A stretch of 64,000 bases of DNA from the NCBI GenBank assembly GCA_973895155.1, contig OZ316898.1, positions 9,561,761 through 9,625,760 of the forward strand, given 5' to 3'. Both the position numbers and the translations under genes were made by a program. Source of the DNA: Marsupella aquatica (Eukaryota; Plantae; Marchantiophyta). Under the pieces are notes generated by a model that did not search any database, was not told where the DNA came from, and worked only from the letters and a program-made list of their open reading frames with translations. This document shows positions 36,386 to 49,182 of this stretch, in pieces (position 1 is the stretch's first letter; each line of letters begins with the position of its first letter).

Positions 36386-36628
36386 ACGTACATAGTTTGC
36401 GAAAGTGCTTCCCCCACCTCACCTCAACCTCACCACCCACGAAGTGATACCTGACTGATTAGACATGTCCGAAAAAGCTAAGGAAATCAATAGACCCGAG
36501 GTGTTCCTCGGAACGTACATAGTTTGCGAAAGTGCTTCTCTCACCCTCACCTCAACCTCACCACCCACGAAGAGATACCTGACTGATTAGACATGTCCGA
36601 AAAAACTAAGGAAATCAATAGACCCGAG
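36386..36628. repeat. ~127-bp tandem duplication upstream of the GTPase
   Basis: acgtacatagtttgcgaaagtgcttc...aaggaaatcaatagacccgag occurs twice. Confidence 0.9.
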
Positions 36629-37298
36629 ATGGTTCTCGGAGAGAACAGCCACCGCTGAGCTCTCGGCCTACATAGTCAAGTGTTAATTGACTCTCGCTGA
36701 TTGATTGCTTATACCCTGAGTTGCTATACTAAGTCCAGCAATTGAACAGACTTGATTGAGTTGCTGGGCCGCAGAACAAATTAAGCTCATGATTCACGAA
36801 ACGATTGCGCTCGCTTCAAAGCCAATCTCGATCGATTTGTCGTCGACGTTTTCCTATCGGTTTGCCTGGACAGCCGTCTCGTACCTGAATCTCGAGGAAT
36901 CGTGCAGGTAAACCAAATTCAGTCCTCTAAACTCACACTTCCAAAAATTATGGGTCGTCAGTTGTTTCTGTCAGTGGGGTTTGCTCTCGAGACTACGGTA
37001 GTCAGTGAAATCACGACTGAACCTTGAGGTTTTGGAAGGCGAAGGTGAAGGTTTTGGGTGTCTTTTGTTCTGTCTGGGTGTGCTTTATACTGTAGTATTC
37101 TGGGAGAGCAAGGTCACTTTGCGTAGCTCCCGTTTGACCTGCCTCCTTTCACTGTATATTACATTTTTGGCTAGCAAGGTCACTTTGCCGACCATTTGAC
37201 CAGCCTCCTTTCACTGTAGATTAAATTTTTGGGGTGCTCGATGGCAGGCATACTGGGTCCGGTTGGCATAATGGGGTCCCCTAACTGCCCATCAAATT

Positions 37299-37415
37299 AT
37301 GATATGTGATTATGGTTTACCACATCTATCCATCCATAATAAATTTGGTTGTTTCCTATGATATGTAATTATGGTTTACCACATCTATCCATACCATAAT
37401 AAACTTGGGTTGTTT
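37299..37415. repeat. ~59-bp tandem duplication
   Basis: atgatatgt.attatggtttaccacatctatccat...ataataaa occurs twice. Confidence 0.85.
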
Positions 37416-38006
37416 TATTTGAATCAATGAGTGCACACTCACAGGTCTCATAACTACACATCAAAATATAACAAATAAAGTATGCAAATTTTAAGTCTTT
37501 TGCCATTAAAGATTTTCTAATTGACAATATTCCCACAATTTCTATTTATATTTATAAAAATGTTATAGTTTTGTATATGGATGACAAGTTCCTCAAGGTA
37601 ACCAGAGGAACTATATATAAAAATTGTGACATTTTTGTAAATTCAACAAAAACCGTGGTAGTATTATAAATGCAAACATCTTTGGTGGTACTTAAAAGCT
37701 GATAAAGTATGTCCAGTATCTCTTTCATTTTATAAAAAAATAAATCTGGGTCAGTTGCCTAGTGGCCTCAGAATTAGTGTAGCGCACAAACCAAAAGGGT
37801 CTAGAATGAATTATTCTAGAAAAGGAGAGTTGTTAGATCTGGCATTGCTCCCTCAGCTAAATATCTCTTCATTTATGTGGCTGGTTCATTCAGAGTTACT
37901 ATAGTCACAAAGAAAAAGTTTCTAAAACATGAATATCAGTCGCTAAATTCTCTTGGATGTAAGGAGAATCTGGCAATTGCTCTCTCAGTAATAATTTCCT
38001 CTATTA

Positions 38007-38251
38007 GGGTGTCTCAAAGCTGACACATTGATGGACCCTAAACTCCCTAGTTAGGGACACAAAAAACCACAGACCACTAAATTCATAATTCATAACTTTT
38101 GCTATAAGGATTGGTCATGTGTACCATTACCATTACTCGCTGTAGAGGCTGGTGAGGGAAAAATAGAAAAATTACACAACCTTGTGAGAAAGTGAAGGCC
38201 ATTACTTTATAGTTGAATGCCATCTTGTAATTTCTCAGCTTTGAGACACCC
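38007..38251. mobile_element. MITE (Tc1/mariner-like), 245 bp
   Basis: Perfect TIRs GGGTGTCTCAAAGCTGA...TCAGCTTTGAGACACCC, flanked by TA (TATTA on both sides). Confidence 0.8.
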
Positions 38252-38519
38252 TATTATTGCCCTATTGTTGTTATAATTAGTCTGGAGAAGAAAAAGTTGG
38301 TAAAACGTTGGTTAAAGATAGAAAGACTCACAACCCCTCTAACTCAGATTATTAATACTTTCAAATGCAATTCCCCCACCCCTTCTATAAAGGAAGTGCG
38401 ACCATGCACAATCCTCCCATTAGGATAGATACATTTGACATGTCCAAGAGGAATGTTTATGTCATTTTTATGAGAGAAAACAAGTTGCAGTAAAAACGCA
38501 ATAGTTAGAGCATTTTAAG

Positions 38520-39112
38520 GCCAAACCTGTCTCGTATTTTGTGAACTTTACCTGGACGCTCACTTTGGGACTTTCTTGCCCAAGTCATGCACTGGGGATT
38601 TCCACATTCACTTGGAATCTTCCGTGGAAGCTCACTTGGGAAACACAAGGGATAGTTATTTGTGATCTACCTGGAAGCTCCCTCCTTGGACTATCTTGTA
38701 CTCCTCAAATTGTTTTAAGGATTTGTTTGTTTGTTTGTTTTCGTTGGAAGAACGGCCAACATGCAACCAAGGCCAAAAAAAAAACAATTGTTTTAACGGT
38801 ATTGAGGTCAATGTCCCTTTTGAAAAGAAAAAAAAATGCTTAAAATGGACTTTCTTGCCAAAGCACTTGTGAGGATCTTCGGGGGAAGGTCTCTTGCTGG
38901 ACTTCTTGCAGCAGTCATTGCAAGAAAATCAAGGGAACCCACTTGAGTGCAACCCCTGGGGTCCCTTGTCAGTAGGTATTACGTTCAGTCCTTAACCAAC
39001 CAAGTTTGCTCCACAGTCCTGGTGGACGTGGCAATAGGTTCTACTCTTGCACGCAACTGCTTCAAAACATTCACTAGACCGATTAAGCCGTTAAGGCCCC
39101 TTGTCAAATTAC
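38520..39112. repeat. Dispersed repeat family B, copy 2
   Basis: Collinear similarity with 24240-25075. Confidence 0.65.
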
Positions 39113-40409
39113 CCTTAGTGACCCTCCTAGATGCTATTTATTCTTTACTAGGCTTTTCAGTTTGTTGTTTAATAGGGCTTGAGTTCTATAATTGACATTT
39201 TTATTTTTATTTTTACTTTTTGGACCCTAAACACAGTCCATTCTCGCCAATTCTGATTTTTTAAACATACTACGTGTAGAAAAGAGGCACCATTGCATGT
39301 GATAATGCTTGATATATGCCCATGTGTCGTGCTGTGGTAGTTGCGGCAATGTTATCAATGGTGCAGGCTCAATACTTGTCCAGCTCCATGAAAATGTTGA
39401 TGGAAGGCAAAGAACTGCAGGTGGTTGTCGGTGCAACAATACATGATCGTGTGGTGCACATAATGTTGATGTGGGACAAATAATTGCAAGTCAGGCAAAG
39501 AAGTCTTATCATTTGCAGCTATGTGATATTTTTAGTCATATATTTACAAATGACTAAAAATTTGTAACATATGACTAATTGTAACATATTTTTATTTTTA
39601 TATAATAGGTGGATTTGATGCTGCCAAAAAAAGTTTTTAGCAAACAACTGGGATTTCTCTCTCCTTTTTTTGGTTTAATTTGTAAACAGACCATGATCCC
39701 CTTTTTAGGCAGGGTTGTATATTGTGGTAACTTGATGATGAGTCTCTATTTACACAACTATTGGTTAAATTCAAGTGTGTAGATGTTTCTTCTCAATGGA
39801 GGCTACACATGAATGAAGTTAATCACAGATGAACCAGAATAAAAACAGAAGGCTATTTGGACTCCACAAAGTCCTCCACTCTTTGAAATAGAGCTCAATA
39901 TCTTTTGAATCATGATCCTCATATTATTTGGTGTGACAAGGGGGCCCTCCCAATCAATAGCAATGAAAACTCCCAAGGTAGTGGAGCCTCCACTGACTGA
40001 AGTGTTCAAGACAGGGTTCTGGACTTGTTGGGCTTTTCTTTCTGGTTTGTTTCCCCCTTTATTGGGTTTCTTGGGGTTTCTTGCCTATGGGACAGTACAT
40101 TCACTTGAGAGCAGAATTCAGGCTCAACTTAGACTAAAAATGTTATAGCATTATTTTTGAATAAAATCATGAATTAGTGTTATTTGGACCTCGATTTAGA
40201 CTAACCTGAGTGGACGGATAGTGGAAGAAATTTCTTTTCAAAAATTGACAAAAACTATTGTTACTTTAGACTCAACATCAGGTTCATAAAAATTAGACAG
40301 TCTTTTAAATTTTAGCATAACACTAAGTAAGGTGAACACTCAGGTAGGGATATTTGCTGGTGGGGGCGTCTTTTGTTCATTGGCATTGTTTTATAAATAT
40401 ATCTAGATT

Positions 40410-40542
40410 AGATATATAACTATCACATCTTTTGCAGTCACCATGGGAACGTGTTGCGTTCAGGGGGTCCAAAAAAGATATATAACTATCACATCTTTTG
40501 CAGTCACCATGGGAACGTGTTGCGTTCAGGGGGTCCAAAAAA
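40410..40542. repeat. Perfect 66-bp tandem duplication
   Basis: agatatataactatcacatc...cagggggtccaaaaa starts at 40410 and 40476. Confidence 0.92.
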
Positions 40543-40609
40543 GCCCAGGCGCCACCACGCATTGCAGTGCTGATGGTGGGAGCAAAACAACATCCTAAGA
40601 TTGCAGAAA

Positions 40610-41230
40610 AGGGGGGGGGGGGGGGGTGACAAAAAAAACAAAGGGGAGTCCATGGATTGACGCCTTGGGCTGTGAGTTTGGTGGAAGTTCCTTTTCTTCA
40701 ATTTAAGGTGGCTTTACAAGACCTTGAGGCCAGTTTGAGTATATTTTTTATCAAATCCCTGTGTCATTTAACATCCTAAAAATAGTGGAGGCGCCTGAGG
40801 AGGGTTTGAAATCATTTTATGCTTCCCCCCACTCCCCCTTTTGTCGCAGCAAATGGTGCTGAAATTATTTACTGGAAGACAGGTTTGGGACCCACTCCAC
40901 CTGACAGTCACATAGTTCATTGGCTAAGGGACTTTCTTATTATTTCAAGAGGAATGAGGGGCATGTGTGTCTTGGGTAGACCAAGCGAATTAGCGAAAGG
41001 ATGACGAGACCTCCAAGAGAGGTGGTCTAAAATCTTGGACAAAAATGTACTCCACCTAAGCAAAAATTAGACCCCGCTCCCTTCTTCCATGTAAGGTGGT
41101 CTAAAATCGTGGACAAAAATGTACTCCACCTAACAAACAATTGGGCCCCACTCCCTTCGTCCATGTAAGGTGGTCTAAAAGACAAAAATGTGCTCCATAT
41201 ACCAATAAATTGGGCCCTACTCCCTTCCAT
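40610..41230. repeat. Dispersed repeat family A, copy 2, including ~73-bp tandem repeats (3 copies at 41020-41235)
   Basis: ggtggtctaaaa...gacaaaaatgt.ctcca...ctcccttc..ccat occurs three times; blocks are shared with 23105-23410. Confidence 0.7.
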
Positions 41231-41606
41231 TGTAACATTTGTAAGATTGGCAGGTTCCTTGAAAGTGCTCCCAAACACTTTGTAAAGTGAATAGTAACAG
41301 TTTCTCCCCATCACATCCGGAGACAAGGAAAACCGTTGTCCGATGTTCGATTTGACACGAGGGAAAAAATATATCATCTCCAGGCATTTCTCGCTTGTTT
41401 AGTGACTTGCATCTGTAGAAGGACCAAATTGTTGAAACTTTCAACAGCATGGAATCGAATGTAGGACCTCCCGTGTACATTGTAGTGTGCTCTATCGCTG
41501 AGTTACAGGCCCTTCATGCCCCCGCATCCATGATCAGTTCCGGTGTAGTTCATTTCCCAACACAAACCACAATTCGGACCAATTAAATTCAGCAAGACCT
41601 GCCCAC

Positions 41607-41782
41607 ATGATTGAAAGTTAGACAGTGAGTTAGATTTCCGCTGCCTATATGATTGAGAGTTAGACAGTTAGATTTCCGCTGCCTATATGATTGAGAGTTA
41701 GACAGTTAGATTTCCGATCATATATGAATGAGAGTTAGACAGTTAGATTTCCGATGCCTACATGATTGAGAGTTAGACAGTT
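41607..41782. repeat. Minisatellite, ~38-bp unit, ~4.5 copies
   Basis: atgattgagagttagacagttagatttccg..gcctat repeated. Confidence 0.9.
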
Positions 41783-44700
41783 TGAAGCATATGTGTAATT
41801 TGTGCGAAATTGACGATCAAAATCGGGGTTGAAACTAAAGCTGGAGCCTCATCCACATGCACAATTGACTCGGCACTATCATTTTACATCGAAACAATCG
41901 TCGATGCAGTTTTGGGATGGATCAAAAACAGACTGCAGTCGTAGGAGCGATTGAATGATGTGTCCTGTCTCCGAATTGAACGGCGGAGACACTTCAATTC
42001 GCTGGACCGTATTTTGAGGAGAAAGTATTGATTTGGGACTAAATGTGACAACGTGGGGACGTACTAAACAACATTCCTCATAACTAATCAATAAAAGAAA
42101 TCAATCAAAGTTCTTCCGTGTAATTTTCCAAGAGAACTGCAGCCTATACTGGCAGATCAAATTTGAATCAATCGAACATGTCCTCGACTTCATCTACGTC
42201 CTTCCATTTACATATTCAGGACAGTCCCTTCTCCACTTTTTGAGTGCTGCCGAGCTACGTGCAATTTGAACGGCATGTTTCAGCCGATGATACCTTCAGA
42301 TCGTCGTATCTTCTTTCTCTTCCCCTTGTATGACTTATCTGCCTCAACACCACAATAATTAAAGACATTTCGATTGCCTCATATATCTCCAGCTACATCT
42401 TGCGAGGTGTCGGAAACCTCCTTCTAAAGCTTGTGAGAAGCCTGTTGCCTTGAGCATTTTTCTCGTCTTGTACAGCTTCGGTATGATTTCTGTACGCTGC
42501 GTCTTCATTCATGTCACCGCAGTTGTTCTGGACAATGGTGTAGCGGTCTCACTATAGACAGTCCCTAGAGCCACTATGCTTAATACACTCTTCTCACGAA
42601 CTTTAGGTGCTGAATACCATCTGCGTGTCACCGAAACAAGTATCAAGCCGTGTACCTTTCCCAAAACCAGCAAGGTCGTCCCTATCCACCCAGCCAGGAA
42701 ACTAACCCGCGTGGAAAGCCCGATTTCCCGACTCTGTCCGAATGGTTGTGGTAAAATTCCGTGAAACTCTCCTGGCAGGGTAGGAGTTACGCCTGTGCAG
42801 TTGGTCTGCCGATAAATTGTGTCGTTCCCAGTGCTTCCGACTGCAGCATGACGGACTACATTGGAGTATGTATTCGGGAATACTCCCGACGGCTAGCCCA
42901 TAGTGTATTGGCAGCCCCACCTCCTGGTGCTATTTGATGCGTTGTACAATCGTGTCTCTGTTTTGTTCGAGTTTGTGTACTGTGTATGTTTGGAGGTTGT
43001 ACAAGGAGAGAGCCCAGTACAGATGCTCACGAAATGACTGTCTAGCCTGTGTTGAGTTTTTTCTGGGTAGACTTTGTTGAATTTCCCATGCGCCTTTGTT
43101 CAACTGCGTTAAGTAGGAATGCTTGGTACTTCAGTTCTGGCTGCTTCAGCGTGTCCACACATTAGATGCTGGAAACTCGATCGAGGTTATGGGCAGAAAG
43201 GCGACCCGTGGGAAATCAACAGTCTGGCCATGCCATAGGATGAAGTCCTGCAGTCGGAAGTGGCTAAAGCTTCCGAGTCTAATGGTTCGGAAAGATCGCT
43301 GGGTATCCTGTACACAGCGACGTATAGCCAGCGATGTCCAGATGAGCAAACCGGGCATGTTAAGCTCACAAGCCTACTACCTCGCTTTCGGACGACTGCT
43401 ATTCACATCTTTGACTGCTGAGTGTTCAGGCAAGTGAACCCATAACTGCTGTGACTTTGGTGCTATGCGGATTATCCCTAGTACTCGGACACAAGCCCAG
43501 TGCTGTGTTTCTGTATAGGCCTGGAGCTCAGCGTTTGTGGTGCTTGCGGAGAAGTCCCACAATAGTACTGAAATTAATTAAGAGCGAGATGCAAGAACAA
43601 AGAGACCGTTGAGTTCTTGTGAGCCCCTACGAGCATGTGAAATTCAGTGAAGGTCGAATAGAAAATGTTCGTGGACCTAAATACGCATGGCACAAGGTAT
43701 GCTGGGATGAGATGATTTGGCATCTGTGGACTACCTGATTCTCTCCAGTACAGCCTCCTTCTAATCGTTCTTCAGCAACTCGCTTCTGACTGGACAGCAC
43801 GGCCTCTATGTTGGAGAGGGTCTCTCCAATATACAGGCTGGCTTTTCAGAATCAAATTGCCTTTGTTCAATAAACTGGGGGGGGGGGGGGGTTGAGCCTG
43901 GAGAAGAGACCATCCGAGCTGGCGATTAGAACTCCTACTCACCTGAAAATCTTTTCCATTAATAATATCAGCATTGGATTTAGATACATTTCAATTGATG
44001 GTGTATCTATCCCAAGAAACTTCCATTTTGCGTTATTGTGGATAATTTCAAATCAATACTGTATTTCGTTCATTTGTTCCGAAACTTCTGCCGAAATCCT
44101 TGGCGTTATTTCTTCGACCTGTTTGTTTTGATTTCTTAGCCTCATTGCAAGTTAGCAATATCCACAAACATGACTTTTATTCAGTAACTCGTGTACTGGA
44201 AATCCTCAAATAATAGTCCCACAAAGGACTAAGCACGTTCTGCTCGAACACAACGTTCTTCCGAGACCCTACTTAGCTCGACAGTACTTACTGTCCAGTG
44301 AACTCGGAGGCTCTCAGGATGTAAACTCATCCTCACGCATCTTTCAGTGAATTCAAAGAGATCTATCAAGTGGGCTCATTTGAGTCTGGGACCCAATTAT
44401 CCCTATATTCGAATTCTTGTATGGACCTCGTCTTCATCGTCAGCTCTGCGTCTGCTGAAAGACAGCCGAGGTTTGTGAGGTGCCTTGTCTGCTCTAGCTC
44501 ACACCTTGATCACCGCCCTAGTAGTAGGCACCTGAAGGTGAGGCAAGAATTCCTGCGAGTCAAATATCGAGTAGTCAGCTTAAAAATCTCAGACAAATAA
44601 TATTACAACAGAGCTTTCAACCTAAGCAATATCTTTCCTCACGGGTTTAATATTCACATTGTGTCAAGATTTTATCCCAATTGCAACCCTAAATTTAAAA

Positions 44701-45872
44701 TGCATTGAGTTCAATCTTGTAGATAAACGCACTTTCTCGTGCAATTATCTACACTAATTGCTCATGCACAGCTTTTGCATATAGTTTTGCCATTTTACAA
44801 TCTCAGCACTCACGTATCACACAAGCATCGCATTCCAGCAGTTTGAAGCAGCGAAGGCAATATATCTCAAGGCCTTAGATTTGCTCTCTGGGCCATGCTC
44901 TTTGGAAACCTGACCCTCCTACACACCATCATATCGAAGGGAGGTGTTGAGGAACACGAGAGCCCACGATACCGATGAAATGGCAACTGCATTGTCTTTA
45001 ATTCAGGTGCAGAACAAAGAAGTGGCATTCCATCTTGGGAAAAATGAGGCAGAAAGCGACAGTGCCAATGGAAGGAGACTATGGGGCCAACTGGTAAGAG
45101 GTTCATTTACCACAGAACACAGAAACCTAATCACAGTTAATTCTTGCTCACAGTCGAACTCAATACAAACCATGGATCAAAATATCAACAACCGGTAAAC
45201 ACATTTAGAATCATTTACCATGTTCGCTCCAGTCACATTTGAGCTCAACTTGGAGTCAAGAGCGTAAGGATGTCCACGTAGACCCACAAAAGGGACTCAG
45301 AGACATAGCCCACAAACAGCCAAAGGGTTGCATACCTGGCTGTAAAAAGTCTCCAACGGAGTAAAGGCCAATATCCCTCAGCGGTAAAGTTGAATTTGGG
45401 AAGCCAAACCCTGCCCAGTCCCTTTCATGGCCGTCATTGTATATGTTGCCTCTCTACAAGACAGCTGAATTTCAAACTTATCCTACAAACTGAGATTAAT
45501 CGTTCCTCAGAAAGTGCTCCAATTCAAGCACGATTTTCTAATTCAATGACATTTATAGTGGTTGCTGAACTATGTGTATCCCACAAAGGGAATTGAGAAA
45601 TATGGCTGCAGAACCTATTGTATAAGTGTATACTTTGCCCACAGTGCCCCCTACAGAAATTTTGGACTCCACTCCATCAAGACCCTAGATAGCGGAGCTT
45701 CTACAGAATTTGACATCCTTGAAGAATTAATACCATTAGCACAATGTAGGTCAAGTTTAAGCGAACCGCAACATCAACGAGTATCTGGAGATGTTCCCGG
45801 GATTCGTCAAACGTCCTCCTTCAAACGGCTGGTGCGCAATTCAGTAGAGACAGTAGTCCTCATCAAATCCAA

Positions 45873-47681
45873 TCAATTATGCAAAACCTGCCTTTCATCT
45901 TCCACAATCGTGGGCTCATCAAAACCATTACTTCCAGAATCACTTCCCTTTCCATGATCATACACGTTCTTCTCTCCCATACTATCCTGCTCCACTTCCT
46001 GAGATAAACCTAAGAGCCTGTAGGTAATTGCATTAGGCTTGCATCCTTTTTCTTTCATTGCAGCAAATACTCTTGATGCTTCTATCATTCTGTAATTATC
46101 AACCAACCCACCAATCAAGGTGTTGTAGGTGACTTCATCAGGACCAAAACCTTCCTCCTCCATATAATGAAAGAGTTTCCATGCCTCGTCTACCTCATTG
46201 TAATTCAAGAAGCCATTGATTAGAATGTTGTACGTAATCCGATCAGGGGGGCAACCCCTCAGCGCCATCAGATCAAACACATTGCGAGCCGCTTCTGTTT
46301 TCCCGCACTTGAAAAGTCCGACAATGAGGGAGTTATACGTGACTACATCGGGGGCAATTCCCTTGTCTTCAAGTTCATCAAAGATCTTGAGTGCTTCCTG
46401 CCACCGGCCTGCATGACAAAGTCCATGAATTATGGAATTGTATGTTACTCTGTCAGGAGTGCAACCCTTCTCCGTCATCTCAACAACCACCTCTGAGACT
46501 TCTTTGAACAACCCTGCCTTGCAAAGCCCATTGATGACAGAGTTATAAGTAACTCGGTCAGGAATACATTCCTTCTGCCTCATCTCGTTGAGCAGCTCAA
46601 AGATATCGTCAAATAGCCCCGCTCTGCCTAGTCCATTGATAAGAGTGTTGTACGTGTATAAATCAGGGAAGCCCTTCCTTTCCAGCACTCTAGTGAGCTT
46701 AAGCGCAGCACCTACTTTCTTCTCCTTACAAAGCCGGTCTACGAGAACGTTGCACTCAAGATTCCTTGGGGTCAGCCCCTTAGCAATCATCTCTTCCAGA
46801 AGGATAAGGGCAAGCACTAGATTCTTATTGCCGGGTCCTACATTTTTCTTGTCAATCAAGTTCCAAAACTTAAGGTTATACGAATGGGAATTATGCTGGA
46901 ATTCTGGCTGCCTTCCAGCCCAGTTGAAAAAGTGCTCGACTTTGCTTGGGTTCTTCTGTAATTTCATGACTTCTGCAACAATGTGAGGGTTCAGCTTCAT
47001 GCCCAAATGCTTGAGCAACGCTGTAACCCTTTCTTCTCCTCCCACCTCTTGAAACAAGACATTTATCTTTCGTGCGACTAATTTCACCACTTTAGGATAA
47101 TAATTGCCCTCGAGAGCGAAGTCCAGCTCAGGAAACAGCTCCACTGTGATCCTCTCAGTCTTCAAGCTGTCATAAATGGACGCTTTCAGAGCTTTCGGGT
47201 CCACGTCGTCTTCAGATTGACCCACCTCCGACGATGCCTGCACTACTGAACTGCTGAACCTCCAAAATTGTCTCCCAAGAGTTTTTGCCACACAACAAAA
47301 CTCATTTCTGTTGGGAAAACCAGAAGTCCCCAACGGAGCTGTAATGCATCGTCCCAAAGTAGAGCGTTCCAAAGTGACACCTGGACACTTCCATGGGAGT
47401 GAAAGTCCGGCAATCCCAGCTGAAACTGAGGTCAACATTGCTGAATGTTGCACACCAATCACACACTTCCACTTACAAGCATCAGTACGACGGCCAACCT
47501 CTGATGAAATGCAATCCGTTACAGAAAAAACGATCGGTGAGCTGAATGAGTTCCTCTCACTCTGCTTGTTGTACGTTGACAGGAAATGTACAGAGGTACG
47601 AAGCTCGACGACGCCGTAAAGTGATTGCAGCCTAGATTTTGAGCTTATTCTGAACTTCCGAGCCAAACCAAAAAACTGCAT
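45873..47681 (-). CDS. P-class pentatricopeptide repeat (PPR) protein, probably organelle-targeted
   Basis: Intronless ORF with ~8 tandem 35-aa repeats (e.g. VTYNSIIHGLCHAGRWQEALKIFDELEDKGIAPD). The real start may be ATG 47438 (MLTSVSAG..., transit-peptide-like, downstream of a plausible acceptor at ~47501). No E or DYW domain. Confidence 0.92.
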   Translation of the reverse strand: MQFFGLARKFRISSKSRLQSLYGVVELRTSVHFLSTYNKQSERNSFSSPIVFSVTDCISSEVGRRTDACKWKCVIGVQHSAMLTSVSAGIAGLSLPWKCPGVTLERSTLGRCITAPLGTSGFPNRNEFCCVAKTLGRQFWRFSSSVVQASSEVGQSEDDVDPKALKASIYDSLKTERITVELFPELDFALEGNYYPKVVKLVARKINVLFQEVGGEERVTALLKHLGMKLNPHIVAEVMKLQKNPSKVEHFFNWAGRQPEFQHNSHSYNLKFWNLIDKKNVGPGNKNLVLALILLEEMIAKGLTPRNLECNVLVDRLCKEKKVGAALKLTRVLERKGFPDLYTYNTLINGLGRAGLFDDIFELLNEMRQKECIPDRVTYNSVINGLCKAGLFKEVSEVVVEMTEKGCTPDRVTYNSIIHGLCHAGRWQEALKIFDELEDKGIAPDVVTYNSLIVGLFKCGKTEAARNVFDLMALRGCPPDRITYNILINGFLNYNEVDEAWKLFHYMEEEGFGPDEVTYNTLIGGLVDNYRMIEASRVFAAMKEKGCKPNAITYRLLGLSQEVEQDSMGEKNVYDHGKGSDSGSNGFDEPTIVEDERQVLHN

Positions 47682-48724
47682 CGACTACTCACTGCATCGC
47701 CAAAATTGAAATCATCGAATTAGCGTCATGCTATACCTATACAGAAAGAGCATCGTCCACTCCCCATATCCACAGCCTCATGTACCACAATGGCTTGACC
47801 TCGACTCGACCCTAGTCTAATGCCGAAGAACCAATTTTCAATCATGAAGGTGCGACAAGAATCCCCAGCGATTCATCACACAAACGCACTTTGATATGTC
47901 ACAAAGATCTGTGTTGAGAACCGCTACGAACATGCTCTTATTCTGACGTTCTTTCAATCCAATCTTAGATTCTCTTCACCCAGAGTTTCCCAACCGCAAG
48001 CACGACAGTTGCATCACCGTCAAAACCCTAAACCCTTTCCCACCTTCACCATCATCAGGTGATCTGCTCAGCTCAGTAGCAGGATTGGGAAGGTAAGAAA
48101 CACCCAAGTCGATCGTACTAAGTGCACGACTCTTGAATGTGGACGACAAGAGGAGCAAGGGTGCAAAGAATTTTTGTAACAAACACAGGACAGTGGAAAG
48201 TCTGCCTGCCTGCCTGCTCGACGGCCGAAAGATCCGCTACAAAGCAGCACAGTTCTCCGGACCCCAACTCTCAGCGCGCTCATAAACGGCAGCAGAACCT
48301 GCCTCACTCCTTGAAGCTCTCGAAAGCAGGAGTCTGAGGTTCCCAGAAAGTATTCGATTCCTGCTGTCCCCGAACAACCGCGCCGGCGACTTCGAGAGTT
48401 GGCAGATTCCGCCTCCTGTCACTCGGATTCTCATCGAGGTGATCGAACCCAAATTCACTCAATCTCGTACCTTTCCAGAGACAAAAAATTGGCTCCAGTG
48501 CAGGGAGTGGGGAGGATGGAGGACCCACAAATCTTAAAGCACTGTTTCGGAGAAGAATCCAGCCCACCAGAAGAATCCAGCCCACCGAGCAACCTCAAGG
48601 CTGAAGGGACGAATGAATGAACCAGATTCAATGTCAAAAGTGAGGCCATAACTGTGATCCGAAACCGAGACTGAGGACAACATTTTCATTTCTACAGTGC
48701 TTTGATGAGAAACCATCGAATGAA

Positions 48725-48860
48725 CCAACTGGCTGTGGTCAGTTGACCAGGGGCTTAGAACCAAGACGTCTCAGGTTCAATCCCCCTCCACACAAGGGGT
48801 ATCTATGGGTGATTGGGTGGGGTGTAATGGTGGGACTATTGGTTTCTCCTCAGGGTCCTG
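48725..48860 (+). mobile_element. Putative tRNA-derived SINE
   Basis: A-box-like TGGTCAGTTG and B-box GGTTCAATCCC at tRNA-like spacing, but no complete cloverleaf. Confidence 0.35.
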
Positions 48861-48921
48861 GTAAGTGCACATCAAAATATGACATATATGGTGTAGGACA
48901 TCATTCCATACTATGATAAAT

Positions 48922-49182
48922 TGCATAAAAAACAAAAATAGAAAAAAAGATTGGAAAAGCTACCCAACCTACTAAATCTTTTACGTAGATATAGGGATAA
49001 AAAGCTATTTTATCTATGGAAGAATTGATACCTAATGGACTGTTGGAACCATATTGATGCAATGCAGCCAGATGAAGAATACTAACACCTGCTATTACAA
49101 AAGGAAGTAAGTAATGGAGTCTACAAAAACAATTTAAGGTCGCATTGTCTACGGAGAAGCCACCCCAAAGCCAAGTTACTAT
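48922..49182 (-). pseudogene. cob: NUMT: internal fragment of mitochondrial apocytochrome b
   Basis: [72 protein letters not shown]. About 260 bp, abruptly truncated at both ends, with substitutions at conserved sites (NRFFSLH > NCFCRLH). Confidence 0.95.

Noticed and set aside
48725-48800. tRNA gene
   Set aside because: A B-box is present, but acceptor and anticodon stems cannot be formed. Kept only as a weak SINE call.
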